Shown: positions 33,661 to 44,463 of the stretch, in pieces
Layout: each line of letters begins with the position of its first letter
Position numbering within the stretch: position 1 is the stretch's first letter
From: a virus
Taxonomy: Duplodnaviria > Caudoviricetes
DNA: 64,000 bases
IMG/VR virus record: IMGVR_UViG_3300012662_000008
Coordinates: 102,529-166,528 of that record
Reading direction: 5' to 3' (one strand)
The notes under the pieces: model-generated
What the model saw: the letters and a program-made list of their open reading frames with translations, nothing else
Databases searched by the model: none
What the model was told of the DNA's origin: nothing
Program-made: the position numbers and the translations under genes

Positions 33661-33941
33661 CAAGAACTATACTTATACTATACTTACATAACTATACTTA
33701 ATGGCGATGACTTTTCTCATATACCGTGGAGAAACTTGTGTAGACCGCAAGTGGTTCTCCGGTTTAGAAAAAGCGTGGGTGTACTGCAAGTACATTGCAC
33801 CCAACATATATTCGGGTAGTTATTTTTACCCTGTAATAAGCAAAATATGAGCGTAGGATGCATGTAGAGGGCCTATCCTACACTACTTTTATTCAAAAGG
33901 CCCTAAAAAATCATCAAAAATCAATTTTAATCTCCCATTAA

Positions 33942-35239
33942 ATGTGGTCATTAATTACAGCCGTAATCCTGCTCTGTGCACTTACGCTGTTCATTCTCTT
34001 CACTTGGAACAAGTACTCTGTCCGTGACATTGTCGCACTTGTTCTCACAATCTTTTCTCTTATTCTCACAATTACTGGTCTGGGTCTCTATAAATCCAAC
34101 CAAGTGAAAAACGAGCAAGAGAAACAAAAAATCTACAACTTTTATCAGCGTGAACTCAAAATCCAGCGTGAAGAAGTTGTACAAGAAACCATGGAGGCAT
34201 ATTATGAAAATCGTATCCAAGAAACCGCTACAGTAGTAGATGGAATCACGAAACACGTAGAATATGCTATCCGCCCAATCACAACTAAACAGTAATGCAA
34301 GAAACAAATCTGGGCTCCACTCGTATCGGGTGTCCCAGAACAAAACTCACTGACAAGGCTAAACTTAGTCAAATTGTTCATCAGTTCCATATTATATGGC
34401 TCAAATCAAAAGAGGATCCGAATTACTCTACCTCACTCTACAAAGCCTTAAATGGTATAGTATCTCCTACTAATGCCCAAAGACTTCGTAACGAGGGAGT
34501 ATCTCGTAAAATGCTAATCAAAACAACAAACGGCAAAATTCGTTTTCGTAATGGTATAGCACAACCAAACGAGAAAATGATCATCTCTCTTATAGAGGAG
34601 TCACGCAATCAAATATGTGAACCAAAACCAATTGCTGTAGTAAAGCAGACTACTCCAATTGATGAACTGATTGAACTGCTTCCAGAACTAAGAGATCTGG
34701 CTAAATTCTCTAAAGCAATCAAAACACTCATAAATACAATTAATCATGACTAAGTTTTTCATCAAGCGTTTTCAGTACAAGCAGGACAAAAATGGCAACC
34801 AGGTAAAGGATTGGCAGGTTCTTCCATGTAAGACCAATCTCTTACCTGATCACAGGCTCGTTAAGAATGAAACAAAATGAGACGCCTAATATTCATAATT
34901 GTTTTCCTATGCTTGGGACTTGCTTCTCAGGCACAGGTTTTTTATTCTAATGATCTCACAAATCAAGCGAATACAAAAATAATTTCCGGTTATATCAAAA
35001 TCACAGTAGATACAGACAAAGAGATGGTCTACGTAGATCGTCCTAATATGAAAGTCTGTTTCAAACTGATTGATGCACAAATCAAGCAAGAAAACGGCTT
35101 CACAACTATTACCTATGTAATAGAAGGTGTACGCAATCTACGCTATGTCTTTTATGTAGTAGGCAATAGAGTTGATATAGCAATTGTCTTTCCAGAGTTT
35201 GATATAATCGGCCAACACGCAAAAGCAGAAAAATTATGA
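33942..35239 (+). other. Four coupled hypothetical CDS (33942..34295 membrane, 34295..34753, 34746..34880, 34877..35239 signal peptide)
   Basis: Overlapping stop/start junctions; hydrophobic N-termini in the first and last. Confidence 0.65.
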
Positions 35240-35796
35240 CTCCATTCATACTTGAATCTGGAAACACACATCTAATAACCCTAGATGTGTTTTCTCGGCT
35301 CCAAAAAGACAGGATAGTCTTTCTTGGCATGCCAATAGACGATGATGTTGCCAATACAATAATTGCGCAACTCCTCTATCTAGACTCACAATCACACGAA
35401 CCTATCCAGCTCTACCTCAATACTCCTGGTGGTTCTGTTTCTGCTGGTCTAGCAATCTATGATACAATGAACCTAATTAAATCTCCAGTTAATTCTATAT
35501 GCATTGGCATGGCAGCTTCAATGGGTTCAATTCTTCTCGTAAACGGTGCTACACGATCCATTCTTCCTCATTCACGGGTTCTTATTCATCAGCCATCTGG
35601 TTGGACTGAAGGAAAAGCATCAGATATGCTCATCGATATGAAAGAACTTGAAAAAATGAAGAAAGAACTCTGTCAGATTCTTGCAGATAAAACTAAACAA
35701 TCTTTTGACCAGATCTGGAATGATTTTGATAGAGATCGTTGGTTTTCCGCAGAAGAGGCAGTCTCTTACGGTCTTGTAGATAAAATTGTGAAATAA
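35236..35796 (+). CDS. clpP: ATP-dependent Clp protease proteolytic subunit
   Basis: DVFSRL..DRIVFL, YLNTPGGSV, GMAASMG (catalytic Ser), IHQP and DRDRW motifs. Confidence 0.95.
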   Translation: MTPFILESGNTHLITLDVFSRLQKDRIVFLGMPIDDDVANTIIAQLLYLDSQSHEPIQLYLNTPGGSVSAGLAIYDTMNLIKSPVNSICIGMAASMGSILLVNGATRSILPHSRVLIHQPSGWTEGKASDMLIDMKELEKMKKELCQILADKTKQSFDQIWNDFDRDRWFSAEEAVSYGLVDKIVK

Positions 35797-35949
35797 TGTA
35801 CGCAAAAATAGTTGGCATAATTATTGCTCTTCCATTTATTATCTGGGGAATTTGTGCAATCCTTGCTAACATAGGCTATGAAAAACCCGAGGAAAAATTC
35901 CCTGATGATAATAACGAAACAAAATTTTGAAATAATCGCAATTTCTTTT

Positions 35950-35957
35950 TATATTTG
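35950..35957 (+). promoter_or_regulatory. -7 promoter element for the tRNA cluster
   Basis: TATATTTG 33 nt upstream of tRNA-Gln. Confidence 0.55.
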
Positions 35958-35989
35958 TGGTTGTAAGTAATCCTTAAACTTACTGTTAT

Positions 35990-36062
35990 TGAGATATGGT
36001 GCAATGGGTTAGCACACAAGATTTTGGTTCTTGGAATTTCTGTTCGAGTCAGAATATCTCAA
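35990..36062 (+). tRNA. tRNA-Gln(TTG)
   Basis: Acceptor TGAGATA/TATCTCA; anticodon arm CAAGA-TTTTGGT-TCTTG; TTCGA T-loop. Confidence 0.9.
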
Positions 36063-36067
36063 CTTTT

Positions 36068-36152
36068 GCCAAAATGTCGTAATGGAAGCCGAGGTGGACT
36101 TAAAATTCACTGGGCCGAAAGGCCCGTGCGGGTTCGAGTCCCGCTTTTGGTA
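36068..36152 (+). tRNA. tRNA-Leu(TAA)
   Basis: GTGGA-CTTAAAA-TTCAC anticodon arm; long variable arm GGGCC-GAAA-GGCCC. Confidence 0.9.
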
Positions 36153-36194
36153 CAAAATCCAATTCGTTATATTGGATTTTTAAAATTAATTTTC

Positions 36195-36377
36195 ACAAGT
36201 ACAGACCACTATTACGAGCGAGGTACATATAGCTATTCCGGACAATGGCTATGTGTTATGAAACCAGTTATAAACCAGGGTTGTCGCTAATAACGTGTTG
36301 ACTCTCGTGAGGGAGCATATGATGGAACGCAACAGGCTCAATAAGTGAGCTAGTCCGTACCTCGTCAATTTACTTGT
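36195..36377 (+). ncRNA. Unidentified structured RNA in the tRNA cluster
   Basis: Nested closing helices ACAAGTA/TACTTGT and CGAGGTAC/GTACCTCG with internal hairpins; no credible ORF. Confidence 0.45.
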
Positions 36378-36425
36378 TTTTTGGGTTGGTGGCATTTTAT
36401 TTATGATGCTACCAACCTATTTTAT

Positions 36426-36500
36426 TGCGGGATAGACTGGAGATGGTCCCAGCTCGGTCTCATAAGCCGATCTACGTAGGTTCGAGCCCTACTCCCGCAT
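36426..36500 (+). tRNA. tRNA-Met(CAT), initiator-like
   Basis: TGCGGGA/TCCCGCA acceptor; TCGGT-CTCATAA-GCCGA anticodon arm. Confidence 0.85.
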
Positions 36501-36529
36501 CTAGTTTTGTATTACGGCGAAACTCTTTA

Positions 36530-36703
36530 AGGTTGTTTCAGCATTCTTATTTTTACTATTTTGCTATAAAATCATTAAAAAACAACCTGTATTTTTGGAA
36601 TAATTCAGCATTTTTTAGCTAAAATTCATGATTTCACACTTCCTTTTAACAGACTAGGGGAGGGTGTTTATTCCGTATTGCACATTCTCCCCTAGTCTTT
36701 TTT
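36530..36703 (+). promoter_or_regulatory. Attenuator-like leader: two stem-CAGCAUU motifs plus alternative terminator/antiterminator
   Basis: AGGTTGTTT-CAGCATT..AAACAACCT; GGAATAA-TTCAGCATT..TTATTCC; 17-bp terminator 36651-36698 plus T-run, ending 10 nt before ATG 36713. Confidence 0.6.
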
Positions 36704-36712
36704 CTTTTTATT

Positions 36713-38110
36713 ATGGATAACTTCATTTCAGCAATCAGCACCAAAAATGCTCACACAGCAAACGGTGCAATCACAAACAGTACAACACTCAACAAATGTC
36801 TAGATTTCTTTGCAATTGCAGGAAATCACCAAGATATGTTAGGCTCTTTTCTTTCCGCGTTTGGAGAAAATGAGCAATTAGCAATTCGGATCTTATTTTG
36901 GTCCCGTGATTGCCGAGGTGGTGCTGGTACAAAAAAGAATTTTCAGATTTGTCTTTCTTGGTTGCAAGAACATAGGCCTGAAATCTTTTCAAAAATCTTC
37001 AGATTAGTTCCGGAATATGGATATTGGAAAGATCTTTACAAACTTCAACCAACAGATGAACCTGTTCGTTATATAGCTAACACGCTTATTAACGAAGAAG
37101 ATCATTCACTTTGTGCAAAATATTGTCCTCGAAAGGGTTTGTGGTTTTTGAAACTGCGTCAATTCCTTGGATTTACTCCAACTGTTTTTAGGCATCATAT
37201 TGTGAATAGAACACAAGTTGTAGAACAATTAATGTGTGCTAGAAAATGGAGCAAGATTGAGTATAGTACCGTTCCTAGTGTGGCATCACGTATTTACTCT
37301 GGAACATTTGGGAGGCACGATCCTGCTCGTTATTCTGCTTATTTACAAGCAGTTAACAATGGCAAGCAAAAAATTAACGCATTGGTTCTCTTTCCAAGTG
37401 ATATATATGCAGATTATCGACATGGTACTTTAAAAGAAGATGCAGTTCGAGCACTTTGGAATAATATGCCAAACTTTATGGCTGGTTGCAAGGAGCGCAT
37501 TATGCCAATTTGTGATGTTTCTGGTAGTATGAAATGGGGAAACCCTGCACAGAAGGTACAACCAATCGATGTTTCAGTTGCTCTCGGAGTATATCTTGCA
37601 GAACACAATGAAGGCCCATTTCATAACTGTTTTATGACCTTCTCAGAAAAACCAGAAATAGTTACTCTTACCGGCAATGACATATTTGCAAAATTTGAAT
37701 ATATTAAAAACTATATACAGGGTTATAACACAGACTTGCAAGCAGTTTTTGATCTTATTCTTAGGCGAGTAATAGAATGTCATCTTTCTCAAGAAGATCT
37801 TCCTACTAAGTTATTGATACTTAGTGATATGGAGATTGATTGTGTTATGAATCAGGCAGATAAGACGAATTTTGAAGCAATCGAGGAGAAGTTTAAAAAT
37901 GCAGGCTATGAAAGGCCTGGGTTGATTTTTTGGAATATAGAAGGACGTGGCAATAATATGCCTGTTACTCTTGCTGATAAGAATTGCGCTCTTGTTTCTG
38001 GTTACTCGCCAGCAATTGTACAATCAGTTCTTGGTGGAGACGATCTTTCTCCTATGGCAGTTATGCTAAGAACAATAAATTCCGAGAGATATTCTCAGAT
38101 AATTCTGTAG
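36713..38110 (+). CDS. DUF2828-type TROVE/VWA-like protein (Ro60-related architecture)
   Basis: T-x-NGA, LFWSRDCRGGAG, EYGYWKDL, MIDAS CDVSGSM, NTDLQAVF, ILSDMEID, IFWN and LVSGYSP motifs. Confidence 0.85.
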   Translation: MDNFISAISTKNAHTANGAITNSTTLNKCLDFFAIAGNHQDMLGSFLSAFGENEQLAIRILFWSRDCRGGAGTKKNFQICLSWLQEHRPEIFSKIFRLVPEYGYWKDLYKLQPTDEPVRYIANTLINEEDHSLCAKYCPRKGLWFLKLRQFLGFTPTVFRHHIVNRTQVVEQLMCARKWSKIEYSTVPSVASRIYSGTFGRHDPARYSAYLQAVNNGKQKINALVLFPSDIYADYRHGTLKEDAVRALWNNMPNFMAGCKERIMPICDVSGSMKWGNPAQKVQPIDVSVALGVYLAEHNEGPFHNCFMTFSEKPEIVTLTGNDIFAKFEYIKNYIQGYNTDLQAVFDLILRRVIECHLSQEDLPTKLLILSDMEIDCVMNQADKTNFEAIEEKFKNAGYERPGLIFWNIEGRGNNMPVTLADKNCALVSGYSPAIVQSVLGGDDLSPMAVMLRTINSERYSQIIL

Positions 38111-38143
38111 AATTCACCCTCCCGGACATCTCTTTTATATAAA

Positions 38144-38260
38144 GTCCCACATAGCTCAGTAGTAGAGCACGTTATAAAATAGCCAGTTTTGGTTATTTCC
38201 GCATTATCTTTTAGACTGATAATCTCGGGGTCGTTGGTGCAATTCCAACTGTGGGACCCA
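38144..38260 (+). tRNA. tRNA-like RNA with GAT (Ile) anticodon and a 41-nt insertion (38172-38212) in the anticodon stem
   Basis: Acceptor TCCCACA/TGTGGGA plus C-CCA; removing the insert yields a perfect CGAGA-CTGATAA-TCTCG arm. Confidence 0.75.
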
Positions 38261-38290
38261 CTTTCATAATATTGTTTTAATTGTTTGTTT

Positions 38291-38328
38291 GGGTGGTGAA
38301 ATTCCGATTTCATCACCCTTTTTATTTT
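38291..38328 (+). terminator. Rho-independent terminator
   Basis: GGGTGGTGAAAT-TCCG-ATTTCATCACCC plus T-run. Confidence 0.75.
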
Positions 38329-38335
38329 TAAAATT

Positions 38336-41300
38336 ATGAATTACGATAATATCTCACAGGCATATAAGTTAGTACTTGCTATGTCTGATTCTGATGAAAA
38401 AGAAAACCTTCTCGATGTTCTTAATTATGCTGACGATTGTTATGTTGATCACTGTGAAGAACTTGGTCATATCGCAATTGAAGAGATAAAAGAATTTGAA
38501 AAAGACACAAAAGATGAATGTGTAGAAATTCTTGAAGATCTCCTTGATTCTTGTACTATTTTTGAACCAAAATCTATTTTAGAACAATTTAAAATAAAAG
38601 TTTATGGCAGCGATAGATAAGTGCTATGTAGATAGCTATGCTGATTACAAGACTTTTTGTGATTGGGCAAAAGATAGATCTTTTATAACTCCTAGAGGAG
38701 CAAAAGTAGTTATCTCTGATTATATCTTTAATTGGAAAGAAGAGGATTTTAAGGATGGTTGTGTACCAATTTTTAATTCTCCCGTGATATTCGACAATTA
38801 TCTTTATCACAATTGCAACCTATCTTTTATTAGAGAATGGCTTGCTAGCCGTTATACAAACAATCTTACAGGCGATCTTTATGACGAGATAACACAAGTA
38901 CCCACTCTTCCAGAGTTCGTGCCTTGTAGGCATGTTTCTGTGCTAAAAAATGGCATAGGAAATATGCCATATAAAAGTTATAACGACTACTCTCGAAGAA
39001 AATACGGATATTGGATCGTCGATATTTATCTAGGTAATAGTACTTGTTGGTATAACGAAGAATATGATTTTTGGACAATTCCGTTTGAGAACGACATTCA
39101 CACTGCTTCTTATGCGGCATTTAAAAATAAGTCCATAAAATCGATTATTAGACGAATTATTAAAAAATGGAAATTACCAGTTGGTTGTAAGATTGAAATA
39201 GAAGATCGAACAACAAAATGGGTTTTAATAACAAAATAATGAAAAAGTTTGATTTTAGTAGATTATTCGGATGGTTGAGTATGTTTTACTCGATTGTTGT
39301 AACAATTTGTGTGTTTTCATCATGGATGCCTGTTTGGGCCACGATTGCAATGTCGGGAACAGGCATTGTTCTTTTAATGCTTGATATTTATATTTATTTA
39401 TTTAAAAAAGAAAAATAATGAAACCATTTTCACTTGAAGAATATCTGAAAAATCCAGATAGGAAAATAGTAGATGATTTTGATAGATCAGTGCGTATAAT
39501 TGCAACTGACAGAAATAACAAGGATGGCAAACCAATTGTTGCGCTTGTTACATCTGACGGAAACGAAATAACTACATTATATACTAAGAATGGAAAATCT
39601 AGTAATAGTGATCAACAACGATTGTTTTTTGCTCCAGAAAAGCATGGTGTATGGATAGTTATATACAGATATCCTTGTGGCGCAATTGGAACAGCTGATT
39701 TTATAACATATCCGGAAGTGGAGCAATTCAAAAATAACCAGCCAAACATAAAAATATTAAAAGAAGAATATCTTGAATGGGAGGAATAGTTATGAATAAT
39801 CAGGAAATAAGAAATGAAATCAAGAATCTGAAAAGGATTTCAGACCTTGAAAAGCAACCGTTCTTACGCCCATTGGACCCGCTTATGCAAATCTAAAAAG
39901 TAAAATTATGGCATGGATAGCAAGAGATAGTGATGAAACTCTCGGAATATTTGGGGAAAAACCAACAAGGGACAATTTTGGCAGATGGAGAACTGACGCT
40001 TACATCGCCTTTAATGTGTATGACGATGATTTCGGAATAGCACTCCCTTCAGATGCCGATGAAAAACTCATCGGAAAGCATATCACTTGGGATGATGAAT
40101 CTGTAGAAATATAGAGCTATGATGACACAGTTAGAACAATCTTTCTATGAATCTGTAACAAAGTATTGTCGGGAGCACTCGACTGATTGTAATTACAACA
40201 AGCAGATTGATTGGGAGCAGCGCAGGTATGAAATTGCAAGGGACACCTTGGCTGCCCTTATTTCCAATCCGAACCACTGTGGAAAATCTTATGAAAGCGA
40301 GGCGAAACACGCAGTTGAATTTGCTGATGCCCTTATTGATGAATTAAAGAAATAGAGTTATGAAAGCAAGCGAGTTAATGTTGGGTGATTGGGTAGAATT
40401 TGAAACGCCAACAACGGAATTTCTTTATGGCAAGGTTATAGGAATTTCTGAACACTATGTAACAATCGGTACATTAAACGACAATGTCTGTGTAGAAATA
40501 GATAAAGTCGGGCAGATACCAATCACTTCAAACATTCTTAAAAAGAATGAATTTGAAAAGTACTTTGCGGGATATTATAAGAACCCTAAAGAGCTGCATA
40601 TTTCATGTGATGAGAATCAGGAGCATTGGTATATTAGCGACAGCCACGAGCAATATATTCACGGTGATTCTGTGGCTTCATTTTCCGCAGTTCATGAATT
40701 GCAGAATATTTTGAGGATTCTTGGATTTAACGATTTAGCAGACAATTTTAAGATATGAAAACAAAGGAACAGATTTTAGGATGGCTCGACAAGCAGCCGT
40801 GGAAAAATGAGTTTTACGAGAATAGCTTCAAACAAGGATTGAAGCACACCTCGTATGACGGAGATTTTATAATCACCGCATTTGACTATGAATTGACCGC
40901 ACAGGGAAACGAGGTTTGGGGCAGGCGTTCTGCTGAATATGCGAATTGGTACAACTCCAACGACAGACCGATGTCTTGGGAGGAATATCTTAAAAAGAGC
41001 CGTCCGATTCAAGACGCAAGCATCAAAATAAATGCATATATCGGCAATAACTCAGAATTTCTACAATGCGGAATGTCAAAAGAACTCTGTGAGGCTTTCA
41101 TTGCCTACATGAAGCTGATTCAGCTGCGGAATGCTTGGGTAAAAGACTGTAAAAGAATGCCTCTGCGCTTTAAAATCATGTCACAGGGCGGCAAGGTAAT
41201 GGTGAGTGATATGATACTTAATTCGTGCGGGTTGTCTTTTGAATACATGACCACGGCTGAGGAGTTTATCAATGTCTTCAAGGACCTCTTGGAAACCGCC

Positions 41301-42473
41301 AAACCGCTGTTGTAATGAATTTTAAATCAAACCGAATATGTACCCGATGCCACAAAAGACCTGCTTTTGGCACTGATGGTCTCGGGTATATCACTTGGCG
41401 TAATAGACCAATCTGTATAGAATGTCTTGAAGCGCTGAAACGAAGTGGAGAATATGAAACCAATAGAACTCGCAAATAAGTATCTTGTTGAAAATCACTC
41501 TGTTGCAGATAACGACTTTCAAAACGCAATGAACATCGCTGTTATGAAGGCTTTTCTTGCAGGATATAAGTCTGCTTCACAAAAAGCTATGTCATGGTTC
41601 GAGGGTTATCTTGCCGAAGATTGTCGAATAGATGATTGGCTGCGTGATTCGGATGTTTTACCGAACGGACAAAAGGAATTTATAAAATTTATGGAGGAAT
41701 AATTATGAGTGAAATTTATTGGATAACAGTTCTTGGAAGTTTTAGTGCGGCGTCGTTCATTATTGCAATTGTCGCGTTTTTTGCGTTCATATTGCTTTCA
41801 ATTGCTTGTTTTATCATAATTGCAGACGGCAAAGAATCATATTGTTTTAAGACAGTTAAGAAATCGGCAATTACATCCGGTATTACAGCCTTGATTTTTG
41901 GTATTTTTTGCTGCCTCATTCCATCGAAACAGGACTTGTACCTCATCTATGGTGCAGGAACAATAGTTGATTATTGTCAAGACAATCCTAAGGTAAAAGA
42001 GATTCCAGACAAGGCAATTGATGCTCTGAACACTTGGTTGGATATGGTTAACAAAAAAAGGGAAGATAATTATGTGGATAGCAAGAGATAGAAATGGAGA
42101 ATTATATGCCTATTCAGTTAAGCCTGTTAAGGATAAAATTGACGGCATATTTACCCAGGTAAGAAAAGGTTCTATCGAACTTGATTTCAATGAATTCAAG
42201 GATGTTACTTGGGAAAATTCTCCAAGAGAAATTAAATGTTGCCCAAGTACTCTTGACCAATTAAATTATCATCTAGATATCACTCCAAAAGAACAACTGG
42301 ATAAGGGGTTTGATTGGGAAAGCATACGGATAAAAGCCGCTATTCAGATAATGGCATCTCTAGTTGGATGTGATTCGGCAAGAGAATTGCGTTCTAAAAA
42401 TACAGATGAGAATTATTTTTCAAAATCTGCCGTATCTTATGCAGACGAACTTGTAGAAATGTTGAAGAAATAG
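38336..42473 (+). other. Operon of about 12 small hypothetical phage CDS (38336..38620, 38604..39239, 39418..39789, 39908..40114, 40119..40355, 40360..40758, 40755..41315, 41705..42091, 42072..42473 and others)
   Basis: Tightly packed plus-strand ORFs, intact in code 11; shared motifs WIARD (39908, 42072) and DWE.....A (40119, 42072). Confidence 0.7.
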
Positions 42474-42517
42474 TTTCTCCATTGTAATGTGTTTGGTTTT
42501 ATTGGAGAAACTTGGTT

Positions 42518-42615
42518 GATTCCGTAGCTCAACGGTAGAGCAGCATGGCCTAAGTCAGGGCAGCCCCTGATGATGAAGTCTCAGCAAGTAGTTGGTTCGA
42601 CTCCAACCGGAATTA
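42518..42615 (+). ncRNA. tRNA-like RNA with a 26-nt insertion (42545-42570) in the anticodon stem and a non-canonical loop
   Basis: GATTCCG/CGGAATT acceptor; canonical D and T arms; insert removal gives GCTGA-TGAAGTC-TCAGC. Confidence 0.7.
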
Positions 42616-43385
42616 CAAACACTTATAAATTAAATAGTTATGAAAAGTTGGAAAGTTTATTACAAGGACAAGTTCGGCGATACAAGCAAATGCTGGACTG
42701 AAGCAGAAACCCGTGAAGATGCCATTACAAAAATAAGGCATGAATATTGGGATGTTGATGAAATTATCAGCTGTTGCGAAATGAGATAATTATGAAAATA
42801 GTTTACACTGAAGGTTGTACTTGTTTTAGTCTTACAATAGACAAAAAAGACGTACAAGATCTTTCTGAAGTAGAAATTAAAAACACACTTTTAAAAGTCA
42901 TCGAGCACTTAAATAAGGATGATGTGATCCAAATCTTACAAGATGTTGCACAAAGAGTTGGAGAATACAAGTATGTTGATCATTGTGATGAGTGCAATGA
43001 TGATATATGTGAATATTCAATTAAAATAAAATAATTATGACTGTAAGAGAACTTGATAATGCACTCTGTGGTTTAGATTTTGATGCAGAGGTTATTTTAG
43101 TTACTTATGTGAATGGAGTTAAGTATGAACGAGGTATAGAAGATGTTGTAATAGACTTACGTGATGTGGAACCTGCGATTCTTATAACATCTCCAATTGT
43201 TTAATTTTTATTATAAATAAAATATGACTATCAAAGAATTAATTAATGAACTTTCTAAAATGAACCCCGAAGCAAAAGTTCTTATGCTTGTTTGTGATGG
43301 TATTGAGGATCACGAGGGTGATATTGCAAGCGTTCTGGAAGACCCTTATGATAAAGAACATGTTATCTTAGCATCTTAATAAATT

Positions 43386-43775
43386 ATGTGTTGGATTGGT
43401 AAAATAACTGATTTTCGGATTGCTTTTAAGGATATTCAAGTGATAAAATTCATGACAAAAAATAAAGTTGCTGATAATCAGTTTATTTCTGAGTTTTATG
43501 GAAAAGTTTACACTCTAGGAAAAGAAGAGCGTATGAGTCCTTTTGATCTTGGATATGGACGTCTCCCAATATGTAAAAAATTACTTGTAATAGACGAAGG
43601 TTTTCATTCGTATATTCCACACCCTGAACGTTATAAATCTTCAGCAAATTGTATCGTTAATTGTATTATTCCGAAAGGCGCAATCTATTTTAAAAATAAA
43701 ATAACTGGACATATTGTTTCAAATAAAATAAAGGTCGTCTGGAGTCAACAATATCCTGTTAAAAAGAGTTTCTAA
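43386..43775 (+). CDS. Hypothetical phage protein
   Basis: IDEGFHSY...CIIPKGAIY...IVSNKI pattern. Confidence 0.7.
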   Translation: MCWIGKITDFRIAFKDIQVIKFMTKNKVADNQFISEFYGKVYTLGKEERMSPFDLGYGRLPICKKLLVIDEGFHSYIPHPERYKSSANCIVNCIIPKGAIYFKNKITGHIVSNKIKVVWSQQYPVKKSF

Positions 43776-43784
43776 TTCCAGTAT

Positions 43785-43858
43785 GTGTCTGTGGCGCAGT
43801 TGGTTAGCGCATGATACTTTTAATATCAGGGTCATGAGTTCAAGTCTCATCAGACACA
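43785..43858 (+). tRNA. tRNA-Lys(TTT)
   Basis: GTGTCTG/CAGACAC acceptor; TGATA-CTTTTAA-TATCA anticodon arm. Confidence 0.92.
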
Positions 43859-44037
43859 CCGTTAAATAAAAACAATTATGGAATATTTTGTTATTGATAA
43901 AAATTGGGTGGGATTACTTGTTACAAAGGATCTCGTAAAATTAAAAGAGTTTCTGGATAATGACCAATCTTGGGATAAAGTTCTCAAAAGACCAGAAATA
44001 GGAGAAAATTGGACTTTTGTTACAAATAAAATAAATT

Positions 44038-44463
44038 ATGACTTACGTAGCTGCTCCCTTTTTTAATGACGAAGAGATTGAAAAATTGAATCTCTTACGC
44101 GCTTTTCTTTTGGAACAATTTCCAGAAACAGACTTTTTCTTTCCTAGAGATCATAAAATTCCAAATGGAGAAATTATGACTAACTCTGAATGGGCTGAAA
44201 AAGTTTATGATATGGATGTTGAAGCTCTTAGAAATAGTGATGCTGTTATTGCAATATATTTTGGGCAATATTCTGACTCCGGCGTTTCTTGGGAGTTAGG
44301 TTATGCTAGTGCTAGAGATATGCCAATAACATTACTTGTTGTAGACCCTAAAAAGGATCAAAATATTATGCCAATAAATAGCGCAAATTTTGTTTTTGAT
44401 TTTGAGGAGTTTATAACAAACAACTGTACTTTTGATATAATTAACAAAATAAATCAAAAATAA
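44038..44463 (+). CDS. Nucleoside 2-deoxyribosyltransferase family protein
   Basis: YVAAPFF, D..AL..SDAVIA and DSGVSWELGYA motifs. Confidence 0.88.
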   Translation: MTYVAAPFFNDEEIEKLNLLRAFLLEQFPETDFFFPRDHKIPNGEIMTNSEWAEKVYDMDVEALRNSDAVIAIYFGQYSDSGVSWELGYASARDMPITLLVVDPKKDQNIMPINSANFVFDFEEFITNNCTFDIINKINQK

